Source: Patescibacteria group bacterium (lineage in GTDB: Bacteria; Patescibacteriota; Patescibacteriia; PEXW01). From it: 64,000 bases of DNA. The position numbers and the translations under genes are program-made. The notes beneath the pieces were generated by a model. That model did no database searches. It had not been told where the DNA came from and saw nothing but the letters and a program-made list of their open reading frames with translations. Positions 17,166 through 25,863 of the stretch are shown piece by piece. The stretch lies in contig JBBTVB010000005.1 of the NCBI GenBank assembly GCA_038063455.1, positions 3,482 to 67,481 of the forward strand, in the 5' to 3' direction. Every line of letters begins with the position of its first letter. Positions within the stretch are counted from its first letter, which is position 1.

Positions 17166-18130
17166 AGGTGTAGGGCGGTGAGCTTGAACCACGTGCGGTG
17201 CGGCAGGTGATGGGTGAGTAAACCATTCTTCGCGCCAATAACCTGGACTTCCGAAGCGGCGTTGATGGCAGCAAAGCGCAGAGCGTAGCCAATGTCGCCG
17301 GGTCGTTTTGCGAGCGCGCCCACGAAACCAGAGCCAAAGGCATCACCGGCCCCGGTCGTGTCCATGGCCTTCACCGGCTTGATGTGGAGCTGCCAGGCGC
17401 TGTGTGGTGTCACTGTCCACGCACCGCGTTCGCCATCGGTGACGACGACAATCCCCTTGCGCCAGGCAGACACCTGCTTTTGCAAGGCGCGGCCTTTGGC
17501 GCGGAACAGCAGTTGGGCTTCTTCGGTGTTCAACAGAACAACATCTGCACCACGCAGCACGCGCAAGGCAGTAGGACGTTGCGCCAGCTCGGCCTTCCCC
17601 GGGTTGACGGCAATGCTGGCGTGCGTGCGGCGGGCGTGCGCTAGTGCTCGGCGAAGAAATGGCAGGTTGCCGCCTAGCGAGGTAACGTAGAACCACCGGC
17701 TGCGAAGCTGTGGCCACGGCACCATGCGTTCGGTAAAATCAGCGCTGGCGCCGCGGTACACCAGCACCGTGCGCTCGCCACTGGGGCTTAAAAAAATTGT
17801 GGAAAGGGCGGTGTGGTCGTCTGCATCACGGATGACGAACTTTGCGTCCACCTTGTACCGTCGCAACGCGCGAATCACTTCATCGCCTGCTGCATCCTGC
17901 CCGACCTTGCACACGCAGGCCGTACGCAAACCCAGGTGGGCAAACGTCACTGCGGTGTTGGTTGCGCCCCCACCGACTTCGAGTAGAATGTTTTCCACTT
18001 CCGTTTTGCTGCCAAACGCAAAACTCTCGGCCTTGCCCGTGGGCGAGCGCCGGTCCCGGGTAATGCGGAAAGCTTTACTCAGCAGGTACACATCCTGCGT
18101 GGCGCTGCCAATGGTAATAACGTCGTACAT
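17162..18130 (-). CDS. PfkB-family carbohydrate/ribokinase-like kinase
   Basis: 'GGGATNTA' and 'DTTGAGDAFGSGF' PfkB signatures. Confidence 0.85.
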   Translation of the reverse strand: MYDVITIGSATQDVYLLSKAFRITRDRRSPTGKAESFAFGSKTEVENILLEVGGGATNTAVTFAHLGLRTACVCKVGQDAAGDEVIRALRRYKVDAKFVIRDADDHTALSTIFLSPSGERTVLVYRGASADFTERMVPWPQLRSRWFYVTSLGGNLPFLRRALAHARRTHASIAVNPGKAELAQRPTALRVLRGADVVLLNTEEAQLLFRAKGRALQKQVSAWRKGIVVVTDGERGAWTVTPHSAWQLHIKPVKAMDTTGAGDAFGSGFVGALAKRPGDIGYALRFAAINAASEVQVIGAKNGLLTHHLPHRTWFKLTALHL

Positions 18131-18134
18131 AGGC

Positions 18135-18758
18135 CTAGGCTTTCGATAGCGCTTCGAGTGCGGTCACTGGGTCGTCGCTGGTCCACAGTGCTGCACCCAC
18201 CACCACGCGCTGCACGCCCGCTGCCGCAATGTCAGCAATATTCTTCTGGCTCACGCCGCCATCTAGCGCCAGCGGCACGGCAGGGAAGGCTTTGTGGAAG
18301 GCGCGAACATCCTCGAGTACTTCGGCAACGAATGGGTTGCCTTGCGCGCCCGGCTGCACGCCCAAAAACATGACTTCGTCCACCAGGTCGAGGAAGGATT
18401 CGAGTTTTTCTACCGGCGTGCCCGGGCTGCGAGCAATGGTCACGTCGCAATCTAACTCGCGACACTGCGCCACAAACCGCTCAAGGTCACCTTCAGATTC
18501 CACATGAAAAGTTACGTGCGTGGCCCCCAGGTGGGCCCAGTCCGCCACAAACCGCTCGGGGTGCGCCACCATCAGGTGCACTTCAATGGCAGTAATGGGC
18601 CGGTACTCCCCCAGCGCTCGCGGCAGCACGGTAACTGTTGGAATGAACGTGCCGTCGCCCACGTCAATTTGCAGCAGGTCAACACTATGTTCAACCAGTG
18701 CCACTTTCTGTTTCAAGGCGTTGGCGTCTGTCTCCAAGAGGGCGGGTGTTACTTGCAT
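18135..18758 (-). CDS. rpe: Ribulose-phosphate 3-epimerase
   Basis: TIM-barrel pattern 'LQIDVGDGTFIP' and 'LALDGGV'. It sits next to rpiB. Confidence 0.8.
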   Translation of the reverse strand: MQVTPALLETDANALKQKVALVEHSVDLLQIDVGDGTFIPTVTVLPRALGEYRPITAIEVHLMVAHPERFVADWAHLGATHVTFHVESEGDLERFVAQCRELDCDVTIARSPGTPVEKLESFLDLVDEVMFLGVQPGAQGNPFVAEVLEDVRAFHKAFPAVPLALDGGVSQKNIADIAAAGVQRVVVGAALWTSDDPVTALEALSKA

Positions 18759-18760
18759 AC

Positions 18761-19216
18761 TTATGGAGCGTGATGTTCGATGTGCTGCACTTCACCCAAG
18801 CGGCGGCGGTACCGGGCAATGCGCTTAAACGGAGTTTTGAGCCAGGTCTGCAAGATGAGTTCAGCTTGGCTGCGCGACACAAAGTCTGCCGGCAGCACCA
18901 GCACGTTGGCATCTTCTTCTTGCCGGGCGCGGACGGCGAGCCGCGGGTGCCACACATTTGCTGCTCGAATGCCAGCGACTTTGTTGGCGACCAGGGCCAT
19001 GCCGACGCCGCTGCCACAAATCAAAATGCCGCGGCTGCCGGCGGTGCGGCGCACGCGCTTCGCTAGCTCCAGGGCAAAGACCGGGTAGTCGTCCCCCGGG
19101 TGTTTGGTGCGCGCACCAACGTCCACGATAGTCTCGTAGGCTCGGGCGAGCTTCTTCTTGAGGAACTCCTTAAGCGCGAACCCAGCGTGATCAGCACCAA
19201 TGACGAGCATGGGCAA
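18761..19216 (-). CDS. rpiB: Ribose-5-phosphate isomerase B
   Basis: 'ILICGSGVGMALVANK' LacAB/RpiB signature; 151 aa. Confidence 0.9.
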   Translation of the reverse strand: MPMLVIGADHAGFALKEFLKKKLARAYETIVDVGARTKHPGDDYPVFALELAKRVRRTAGSRGILICGSGVGMALVANKVAGIRAANVWHPRLAVRARQEEDANVLVLPADFVSRSQAELILQTWLKTPFKRIARYRRRLGEVQHIEHHAP

Positions 19217-19229
19217 AGTATACCACAGC

Positions 19230-19982
19230 CTACTTCAACAGCAGGTCAAGCACTTTTGCAAACGATTCCTTGGGAATGACACCTTGCACCATGCGGCCGT
19301 TGATATAGTAGGTTGGCGTGCCGCGCGCCCCCGCTGCAGCCGCGTCGGCATAGTCAGCCGCAATCTCCGGCTTGCGCTCGCCACTGGCCAAGCACGCGGC
19401 AAACTGTGCCCGATCTAACCCCACTTGCGCGGCCAGCGTGGGATACACATTTTCGGTAAGCGCGTCTTGGTTGAGGTAGAGCTTGTCGTGGTATGCCCAA
19501 AATTTTTCCAGCCCTTGCGCCTGCGCGCAGCCGGCCGCTTCGGCCGCGATTTCTGCTTGCGGGTGCAAGTCGGTCAGCGGGAAATCCCGGACAATAAATT
19601 TGACGCGATTGCTATATTCCAACGCCAGCTCGCGCATGGGCGAGAAGGCTTGCTTGCAGAACGGGCACTGGTAGTCGATGAATTCCACCACAATGACATT
19701 GGCTTTTTCCGGTCCTAAATATGGATCGTCTTCGGTTTCGAGCTGCGGGATCGCCGGGCGCACTGACGTGTTGACGTTACCAACGGTTGCCTGGCTACTG
19801 GTGCCGCTGGTCAGGCTGGCAAACGCGTCAGCCACAGGCGGGCCTTGTCGATTTTCGACGACAAATGCAGTAATCAAAAAAGTACACACAAATAGTCCCA
19901 GCAAGAGCATGAGGGGCTTGAACCAGTGCCGCCCTGGGCTTGTATTTTGTGTCTGGCGGGGTGACGTTTGATTATCCTCCAT
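19230..19982 (-). CDS. Membrane-anchored DsbA-like thiol:disulfide oxidoreductase
   Basis: TM anchor and 'FIDYQCPFCK'. Confidence 0.85.
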   Translation of the reverse strand: MEDNQTSPRQTQNTSPGRHWFKPLMLLLGLFVCTFLITAFVVENRQGPPVADAFASLTSGTSSQATVGNVNTSVRPAIPQLETEDDPYLGPEKANVIVVEFIDYQCPFCKQAFSPMRELALEYSNRVKFIVRDFPLTDLHPQAEIAAEAAGCAQAQGLEKFWAYHDKLYLNQDALTENVYPTLAAQVGLDRAQFAACLASGERKPEIAADYADAAAAGARGTPTYYINGRMVQGVIPKESFAKVLDLLLK

Positions 19983-20005
19983 GGTGCAATTCTACCACAA
20001 GAAAA

Positions 20006-20030
20006 ACAGGTCTACCTGGGGCAGACCTGT
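20006..20030 (-). terminator. Intrinsic terminator
   Basis: ACAGGTCT-N9-AGACCTGT followed by TTTTTCTT on the minus strand. Confidence 0.7.
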
Positions 20031-20048
20031 ATGCAAAAGAAAGACATA

Positions 20049-20750
20049 CTAACTTTTTCGGATTGCACGCACCACCGCATCAAGGCCCCAACGGTAATGA
20101 CGACGCACGCTGTTACAATCTGCTGCGTAAAGCAGCATAGTGTGCTCGGCCTCAGTAAGACGAATAGCTTCGTCGTCAAGGTAGTGTTGGGTCCACATTG
20201 ACTGCAGATGAGCAAACTTTGTACCGGCAAATGCTTGAAATCTGTCGATACCTTCTCGCAAATCCTTCCAGTGAAAAAGGATATCATTCTGGGCAATTTT
20301 ATCACCGTTCACGTATACCCCGCCGAGCTTCAGCGCGTGTCGTATGCCTGCAAAGAGGGTAAGGCGTTCTTGCGGCTGCAGATTGTGTATGCAATACGCC
20401 GAGTAAATGGCATCGAGCGACTGCGCTTTCATAGCATGGAGATAGGTGCTTGCATCTTGACACACATAAGTGACATGAGTATCGCACACCCGACGCTTCG
20501 CAATTTTGAGAATTGCTGAATCTTTGTCGACAGCAACTATGCTGGCTCCAGGAACAGCTTCTCGCACCTTCTTTGTGGTTATGCCAGTTCCGCATCCTAT
20601 TTCAAGGATACGTGGCTGACTAACGGCCTCCACTCCGGTACACAACAGACTGGCTATGCATTCTTGGAATACCTCATGATGCGGCGTAACTAATCCAAAT
20701 GCATCATACTCACTCGGATCTGTTCCGTAATAACAACGATCGTTTTTCAT
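20049..20750 (-). CDS. Class I SAM-dependent methyltransferase
   Basis: Motif I 'ILEIGCGTGITT' and a 'DAIYSAYCIHNL'-type post-I region. Confidence 0.8.
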   Translation of the reverse strand: MKNDRCYYGTDPSEYDAFGLVTPHHEVFQECIASLLCTGVEAVSQPRILEIGCGTGITTKKVREAVPGASIVAVDKDSAILKIAKRRVCDTHVTYVCQDASTYLHAMKAQSLDAIYSAYCIHNLQPQERLTLFAGIRHALKLGGVYVNGDKIAQNDILFHWKDLREGIDRFQAFAGTKFAHLQSMWTQHYLDDEAIRLTEAEHTMLLYAADCNSVRRHYRWGLDAVVRAIRKS

Positions 20751-20784
20751 TTCTTCCCTTTCTGTTTTTTACTTTTAATTGTTT

Positions 20785-20813
20785 AATCTACACAATAACC
20801 CATTTTTTGTCAA
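20785..20813 (-). promoter_or_regulatory. Sigma70-like promoter
   Basis: On the reverse complement: TTGACA, a 17-nt spacer, then TAGATT. Confidence 0.5.
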
Positions 20814-20816
20814 TAC

Positions 20817-20848
20817 AAAAAACCGGCCCCCAGGTGGGGACCGGTTTT
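20817..20848 (-). terminator. Intrinsic terminator of the RBP gene
   Basis: AAAACCGGTCCCC-loop-GGGGCCGGTTTTTT on the minus strand. Confidence 0.7.
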
Positions 20849-20870
20849 GAACGTTGAGTGGAAACTGGAA

Positions 20871-21185
20871 TTACCAGTTGCCGCGGCCGCCGCCGAATCC
20901 ACCACCGCCATTGCCACCGGTTCGCGGTGCGCGGGGTTCCATCGGACGGGCTTCGTTGACTGTCAGGTTTCGTCCCTGAAAATCCTTGCCGTTAAACATC
21001 TCAATCGCTTTCATGGCGTCATCGTCGGAAGAAAATTCCACGAATCCAAAACCTTTCGAGCGACCTGACATCTTATCAACGATGACGATTGCTGACGTAA
21101 CAGCACCGGCCTGGGAGAATGCATTCTGCAAATCATCCTGGGTCGTTGCGTACGGCAGCCCGCCAACGTAGAGCTTCTTTGCCAT
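20871..21185 (-). CDS. RRM-type RNA-binding protein with a Gly-rich tail
   Basis: RNP2 'KLYVGGL', RNP1 'KGFGFVEF' and a C-terminal GGNGGGGFGGGRG. Confidence 0.9.
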   Translation of the reverse strand: MAKKLYVGGLPYATTQDDLQNAFSQAGAVTSAIVIVDKMSGRSKGFGFVEFSSDDDAMKAIEMFNGKDFQGRNLTVNEARPMEPRAPRTGGNGGGGFGGGRGNW

Positions 21186-21327
21186 AGGAGAACCAATCTT
21201 CTATAAAAAACGAGAACGTAAGTCGACCCCTTCTCGTCCGGCTGTTCTCCTATAGCACGCGGGTAGCGGCTATACTGCGGTTTTAAGGCGCAGATTTTTG
21301 GAAACGCTGACGAAAACTTACGAAGAG
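21186..21327 (-). promoter_or_regulatory. Structured 5' UTR of about 140 nt with a terminator-like hairpin
   Basis: ACGAGAA-N14-TTCTCGT (21210..21237) plus U6 lies 20-25 nt before the ATG. GGAGAAC pairs with GTTCTCC, which abuts the ATG. Confidence 0.4.
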
Positions 21328-21355
21328 AGTATACACCAAAGCCAAAATTTGTCAA
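21328..21355 (-). promoter_or_regulatory. Sigma70-like promoter of the RBP gene
   Basis: On the reverse complement: TTGACA (21350-21355), a 16-nt spacer, then TATACT (21328-21333). Confidence 0.55.
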
Positions 21356-21454
21356 CCCAGCTCCACTTGGCAAATATAGGCAGGGCAGTACTCAGGAATC
21401 CTTCGTAAACGAACACATTTTAACTCCAACTGCGTGTGCGTGGGGCTGGGTCAA
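21351..21454. repeat. Duplicated intergenic element, copy B (partner at 5388..5496)
   Basis: Its 28-nt start and 12-nt end are identical to copy A. It lies between two divergent promoters. Confidence 0.6.
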
Positions 21455-21457
21455 TGG

Positions 21458-21486
21458 TTGACATCTGGCAACCATGTCCCTAGGGT
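21458..21486 (+). promoter_or_regulatory. Sigma70-like promoter
   Basis: TTGACA, a 17-nt spacer, then TAGGGT. Confidence 0.5.
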
Positions 21487-21520
21487 ACAAAAAAGACATC
21501 AACGCCAGGAAGGATATATT

Positions 21521-21943
21521 GTGTCAAAACTGTTGACAAAACGGGAGCTGACAAGGCAGCGGAAACACCAGCGGCATCTTGTCAGAATGCGTAAAAAAAT
21601 ACACTTGAAGAGACTTCAGGCCGACAACAAGCGTAGACAGGAGATCGCCAGGCTGCGCAAACAAATACGTTTAGAAAAAATTTTGGCCAACAGCAAGCGA
21701 GGGTTCCAACGCTGGACAACGGAAGAAATCGCGCTGCTGTGCAAGTACTATCCCACCATGGGAACGGAATGGTGTGCACGTCGATTGAGTCGCACCATCT
21801 GGGGAATAAGGTGGAAAGTCCATCAGCTACACTTACAAAAACATACAGCGCGGGGTAAGATGGTTGCAGCACGTGGAGCACCTCGCAGGCCACTCGTCCA
21901 CGAAAGGTGGAACGGTCGGGATATGTGGCGATACCTAAAGTAA
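21521..21943 (+). CDS. Highly basic protein with a SANT/Myb-like tryptophan-repeat region (140 aa)
   Basis: GTG start after AGGAAGGA. It has an Arg/Lys-rich helical N-terminus, then 'RWTTEEIALLCKYYPTMGTEWCARRLSRTIWGIRWKV'. Confidence 0.6.
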   Translation: MSKLLTKRELTRQRKHQRHLVRMRKKIHLKRLQADNKRRQEIARLRKQIRLEKILANSKRGFQRWTTEEIALLCKYYPTMGTEWCARRLSRTIWGIRWKVHQLHLQKHTARGKMVAARGAPRRPLVHERWNGRDMWRYLK

Positions 21944-21953
21944 TGCAACACCT

Positions 21954-21978
21954 ACAGGCAACCAATCTGGTTGCCTGT
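21954..21978 (+). terminator. Intrinsic terminator
   Basis: ACAGGCAACC-aatct-GGTTGCCTGT followed by TCTTTT. Confidence 0.7.
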
Positions 21979-22050
21979 TCTTTTAAAAATATTCCTCTAC
22001 AATGATGCTTGCCGCATACCATTGGCATTGGCCGCGTCGCAAGAGGACAT

Positions 22051-22079
22051 TTGACAGCCATTGCAGCAGCCTGTACCTT
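22051..22079 (+). promoter_or_regulatory. Candidate promoter of the AsnRS-like gene
   Basis: TTGACA, a 17-nt spacer, then TACCTT. It predicts a leader of about 140 nt. Confidence 0.45.
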
Positions 22080-22176
22080 TTCTCTCAACATGCACCGACA
22101 GTTTTTCAGTAACTGGCGTTTCACCCCGCCCGTGGCCAACCTGGCCCGGGTCACCACCACTGTCGTTCCGTCACTT

Positions 22177-22199
22177 GCCCCACCCGGGGCTATTTTTTT
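22177..22199 (+). promoter_or_regulatory. Attenuator-like hairpin with a U-run in the leader
   Basis: GCCCC-accc-GGGGC followed by TATTTTTTT. It ends about 27 nt before an ATG that has no SD. Confidence 0.35.
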
Positions 22200-22226
22200 A
22201 TACATTTCGTTCCAACCGTAACCCAT

Positions 22227-23267
22227 ATGGAGTTCTACACTCCCAATGTGAAGACGATTCGTTTCGGCGACCGCGTGGTCCAAGCTGGGGAAGCACACTT
22301 ACGGAACCGAGGCTTTCTACGCGTCACCGTGCCGCGCATCGTGCCGGCCAGCGGCGCGTGCGAGAACGTGGACACGCTGTTCGAAATTTCGGTGGCGGGC
22401 AACCCGCGCTGGTTCCAAGGCGGCCAAAAACAAGCGTACTTCGCCCAGACCGGCCAACTCTATCTGGAATCGCTCTTGGGTGAAGGCGGTTTACCGAAAC
22501 TGTACTGTGTCGGCCCCTCTGCCCGCGCCGAAACCGCCGTGGACACCCGCCACCTGACGGAATTTGAAATGATCGAGATTGAATTCCGCGGCAGTTTTCC
22601 AGAATTGCTGCAGGAAATTGAACTATTCATCGGCAGCCTCGTTCAAGCAGTCCTGACCTTACCGCCTGCGGAGCGGGTCGAGTATAATCTACCCGCCGAC
22701 CTCTCGCATTTGGAAAAGCACCCAAAGGAATTTCCAAAAATCAAATACAAAGATGCGCTCCACGAGCTTGGACTGCCCTGGGGCAGCGATATTTCTTCGA
22801 AGCAGGAAAAATTCTTAATTGCTAACCATGGCGGCGGACCCATCCTGATTACCCACTATCCCAACCCCATGAGCGACCGGATGCAACTGCTCTTTGAACA
22901 CAAAGTGCAGGACCTGGCGATTAAATTCTTCAACATGATCCCCGACCCTGAAGATCCGGACTACGTGCTGAGCTGCGACTGCATTGTGCCCACCGGCGGC
23001 GAGTGCGTCGGCTCTGCCGCCCGCGTGCACACGGCCGAAGAGTTCCGCCAGCGCTTGTTCTCCTCGCCCATGTTCAAACGGCTCAAAGAGAAAGACCCCC
23101 TCGCCGAACAAGGTTTTAGCTGGTATTTAGGCATGCTCGAAAAATTCCCGTCCGTGCCCCACGCGGGCTGCGGCTTTGGGATGTCCCGCATCTTCCAGTA
23201 CCTCCTGGGCGAACCCGACATTACCAAAGTTGTCGTCCTGCCATCAAATAGAGAGCGGCTGTACTAA
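22227..23267 (+). CDS. Class II aaRS catalytic core of Asn/Asp type without an anticodon-binding domain (AsnA-like or AsnRS paralog)
   Basis: Motif 2-like 'VGPSARAE...TRHLTEFEMIEIEF' and motif 3-like 'PHAGCGFGMSRIFQYLLG'. At 346 aa it has no N-terminal OB domain. Confidence 0.8.
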   Translation: MEFYTPNVKTIRFGDRVVQAGEAHLRNRGFLRVTVPRIVPASGACENVDTLFEISVAGNPRWFQGGQKQAYFAQTGQLYLESLLGEGGLPKLYCVGPSARAETAVDTRHLTEFEMIEIEFRGSFPELLQEIELFIGSLVQAVLTLPPAERVEYNLPADLSHLEKHPKEFPKIKYKDALHELGLPWGSDISSKQEKFLIANHGGGPILITHYPNPMSDRMQLLFEHKVQDLAIKFFNMIPDPEDPDYVLSCDCIVPTGGECVGSAARVHTAEEFRQRLFSSPMFKRLKEKDPLAEQGFSWYLGMLEKFPSVPHAGCGFGMSRIFQYLLGEPDITKVVVLPSNRERLY

Positions 23268-23274
23268 AATAGTT

Positions 23275-25494
23275 TTATGAAAGGCGTGTCCGGCGGAGGA
23301 GTAGTGAGTTACCTACCACGGACACGCTCGAAAGAGCCATCGCCAAACCGGCCAACTCTGGCCGCAAGGTAAGACCAATACCGGCAAAGACCCCGGCGGC
23401 AATGGGAATACCCGCGACGTTGTAGAAAAGCGCCCAGAAGAGGTTTTGGACGATCTTCCGGAAGGTGAGCCGGGCCAATTTTATGGACCGCAACACATCC
23501 ATCAAATCATCACGCACCAGGACAATCTGACCAGTTTCCAAGGCAACGTCCGTGCCGCTGCCAATGGCAATGCCAAGCTCAGCTTGGGCTAATGCTGGCG
23601 CGTCATTCACACCATCGCCCACGAACGCGACTCGCTTGCCCTGGGCCTGCAAATCTTTTACCGCCGCAGATTTATCTTTCGGCAAGACTTGGGCACGGAC
23701 TTCTTGAATGCCAACTTGCTCCGCAATAGCTTTGGCCGTGCGTTCGTTATCGCCGGTTATCATCACCGAGTGTATGCCTATCTTCGCCAAGGCTTCCACG
23801 GCTTGCTTGGACGTCTGCTTCAGCGTGTCGGCCACGGCAATGATGCCGGCAAACGCTCCATCAATTGCCACCAGCATGGCGGTTTTGCCTTGGTGCTCGA
23901 GCTGTTCGATTCCTGCACCATGATTGCCAAGGTCAATGTGCATATCCGCCAAAAGGGCGCGATTTCCCAAGAGCAACTTCTTCCCGTCAACTATTGCAGA
24001 CACACCTTTACCGGTAATGCTTTGGAAGTCCTGCGGTTCGGCCATTGCAAGCTTCTTCGCCTTTGCAGCATTCACTATCGCCGCAGCGAGCGGATGCTCG
24101 GACCGCTGCTCAACTGCCGCAGCGAGGCGCAGCAGTTCGTCTGCTCCCACCCCGCCGACTTGCCGACCCGCCGACTTGCCGACACTCACCACATCGGTGA
24201 CAACCGGCTTGCCGTGCGTGAGCGTGCCGGTCTTGTCGAACATCACCAGGTCAATCTTCCGCGCGGCTTCCAGGGCTTCACCGCCTTTTATAAGAATCCC
24301 CTGTTGCGCGCCCAAGCCCGTGCCAGTGATAATTGCCGTGGGCGTAGCTAAGCCCAGTGCGCATGGACAGGCAATAACGAGCACTGCCACGAACTTCAGT
24401 AAACTTTCCACAAACGTTGCGCCGTTCAAGAAGTACCAGGCGATGAAGGTGATGAGCGCAATGGCAATGACCGTCGGCACGAAGTACGCAGAGACGCGGT
24501 CGGCAAAACGCTGGATAGGCGCCTTACTGGCCTGGGCCTGCTCCACGAGTTTGATGATGCCAGCAAGCAGCGTTTCACTCCCGACTTTCGTGGTGGTAAA
24601 GGTAAAACTGCCGCTGCCGTTAATCGTGCTGCCAATGACCATGTCGCCGACTTGTTTCTCCACCGGTAAACTCTCGCCGGTTACCATGCTCTCGTCCACG
24701 CTGCTGTGGCCATCGAGCACCTTGCCATCCACCGGTACTTTCTGGCCGGGTTTTACGCGCACCACGTCGCCAGCCACGACCTGTTCAATCGGCACTTCCA
24801 CATCTTGCCCATTCCGCACGACGATAGCGGTCTTTGCCTGAAGTTGCATGAGGCTGCGAATCGCCTCGCTCGCCTTACCTTTTGCACGCGCTTCTAGCCA
24901 CTTGCCCAGCAGAACGAACATGATGAGGATGGCCGCGATTTCGAAGTACAAATCGCCCGCAACCAGGCCGAACGTTACGAATAGCGAATACAGGTATGCC
25001 GCGCCCGTGCCAATGGCAATGAGCGAATCCATGTTGGCCGTCCGGGCCCGCAAGGCGCCCCAGAAACCGGTAAAAAATTGCCAGCCGCACCAGAACATCA
25101 CCGGCGTGGTCAAAAACAATTGCCACCAGGCCCGGCCGGGAATACTTTCTATTGCCGGTACCAGGTACATGCCCATACTTATCGCGAGCAGCGGCACCGA
25201 CAAGCTAACCGCGACCAATAATTTCCGCGTCAACGCCCGCTGCTCGGCAGCCCGTTCTTGCGCCTCACGGTCAGTCCCCTGCTCCAACTCCCGGGCGCTA
25301 TACCCAATTTTTTTTACCGCCGCAGCAAGTGTGGATACACCAACCATCGACGCATCGTACTCCACATGTGCTCGCTCCGTAGCCACATTCACGCTGGCCG
25401 AGGTGACGCCGGTAGTTTTCCGCAAAGTTAATTCAATGAGCTGGCTGCAGCTCGCACAGTGCATACCTTTAAGCGACAAGGTAGTCGTGGCCAT
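23275..25494 (-). CDS. copA: Copper-translocating P1B-type ATPase
   Basis: HMA 'GMHCASC', 'TGES', 'CPC', 'DKTGTLT' and 'GDGVNDAP'. The ATG at 25494 lies 1 nt after the upstream stop. Confidence 0.95.
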   Translation of the reverse strand: MATTTLSLKGMHCASCSQLIELTLRKTTGVTSASVNVATERAHVEYDASMVGVSTLAAAVKKIGYSARELEQGTDREAQERAAEQRALTRKLLVAVSLSVPLLAISMGMYLVPAIESIPGRAWWQLFLTTPVMFWCGWQFFTGFWGALRARTANMDSLIAIGTGAAYLYSLFVTFGLVAGDLYFEIAAILIMFVLLGKWLEARAKGKASEAIRSLMQLQAKTAIVVRNGQDVEVPIEQVVAGDVVRVKPGQKVPVDGKVLDGHSSVDESMVTGESLPVEKQVGDMVIGSTINGSGSFTFTTTKVGSETLLAGIIKLVEQAQASKAPIQRFADRVSAYFVPTVIAIALITFIAWYFLNGATFVESLLKFVAVLVIACPCALGLATPTAIITGTGLGAQQGILIKGGEALEAARKIDLVMFDKTGTLTHGKPVVTDVVSVGKSAGRQVGGVGADELLRLAAAVEQRSEHPLAAAIVNAAKAKKLAMAEPQDFQSITGKGVSAIVDGKKLLLGNRALLADMHIDLGNHGAGIEQLEHQGKTAMLVAIDGAFAGIIAVADTLKQTSKQAVEALAKIGIHSVMITGDNERTAKAIAEQVGIQEVRAQVLPKDKSAAVKDLQAQGKRVAFVGDGVNDAPALAQAELGIAIGSGTDVALETGQIVLVRDDLMDVLRSIKLARLTFRKIVQNLFWALFYNVAGIPIAAGVFAGIGLTLRPELAGLAMALSSVSVVGNSLLLRRTRLS

Positions 25495-25495
25495 G

Positions 25496-25861
25496 CTAGG
25501 TAACAATAATTTTCCCCTGGTACATACCCATATCGCAGGTGAACGAGAGCTCGCCAGCTTTCTCGGGGGTGAAAAGAACCCTCGTCTTCTGGTGGGCAGG
25601 CAAATCTTGACGAATATGCATACCATCAATAATGACAAAACGTGAGCACGCTGCGTTCTCTTGCCGATCAAACGTAAGCGCCACCGGCTTCCCCGCCTGC
25701 ACGGTAATAGCGTTCGGGTTGTATGCACCTTTCACAATGATGGTCGCCTCTTGCACGCCAGACGCACCCACCACCGCTGTCTCTTGCCGACGCTGAAAAC
25801 GCAGCCACAGTAGGTACAAACCAACGACGACGAGAATAAGGATGATCCCGAAAAGTCGCAT
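25496..25861 (-). CDS. TM-anchored cupredoxin-like domain protein
   Basis: N-terminal TM segment and a beta-sandwich region ending '[14 protein letters not shown]'. It parallels the C-terminus of the upstream protein. Confidence 0.7.
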   Translation of the reverse strand: MRLFGIILILVVVGLYLLWLRFQRRQETAVVGASGVQEATIIVKGAYNPNAITVQAGKPVALTFDRQENAACSRFVIIDGMHIRQDLPAHQKTRVLFTPEKAGELSFTCDMGMYQGKIIVT

Positions 25862-25863
25862 AG

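Noticed and set aside
21011-21373. A 120-aa minus-strand ORF spanning the RBP gene's 5' part, leader and promoter
   Set aside because: It is out of frame with the clear RRM gene and includes the promoter hexamers. It is best explained as a non-coding leader.
22080-22226. A T-box riboswitch upstream of the aaRS-like gene
   Set aside because: A terminator-like hairpin exists, but I cannot find the conserved T-box sequence (AGGGUGGUACCGCG-like), a specifier-loop layout or AG/GNUGGA boxes. It is kept only as a generic attenuator candidate.
23689-25645. Long plus-strand ORFs (220, 305 and 265 aa) opposite copA
   Set aside because: They are antisense to a gene with complete P-type ATPase motifs. 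Their translations are Ala/Ser/Pro/Arg/Thr-rich low-complexity sequence, typical of antisense frames in GC-rich coding DNA. They have no SD or promoter.
25495-25728. N-terminal extensions of tracked ORFs (copA to 25728, sufD to 36057, marR from 40794, cupredoxin lipoprotein to 31091, sufS to 33725, pncA-adjacent 51485..52150)
   Set aside because: The extensions overlap upstream genes, promoters or terminators and are Arg/Cys-rich nonsense. Internal ATG or GTG codons with an SD or tight coupling give proteins that start at the expected conserved N-termini.
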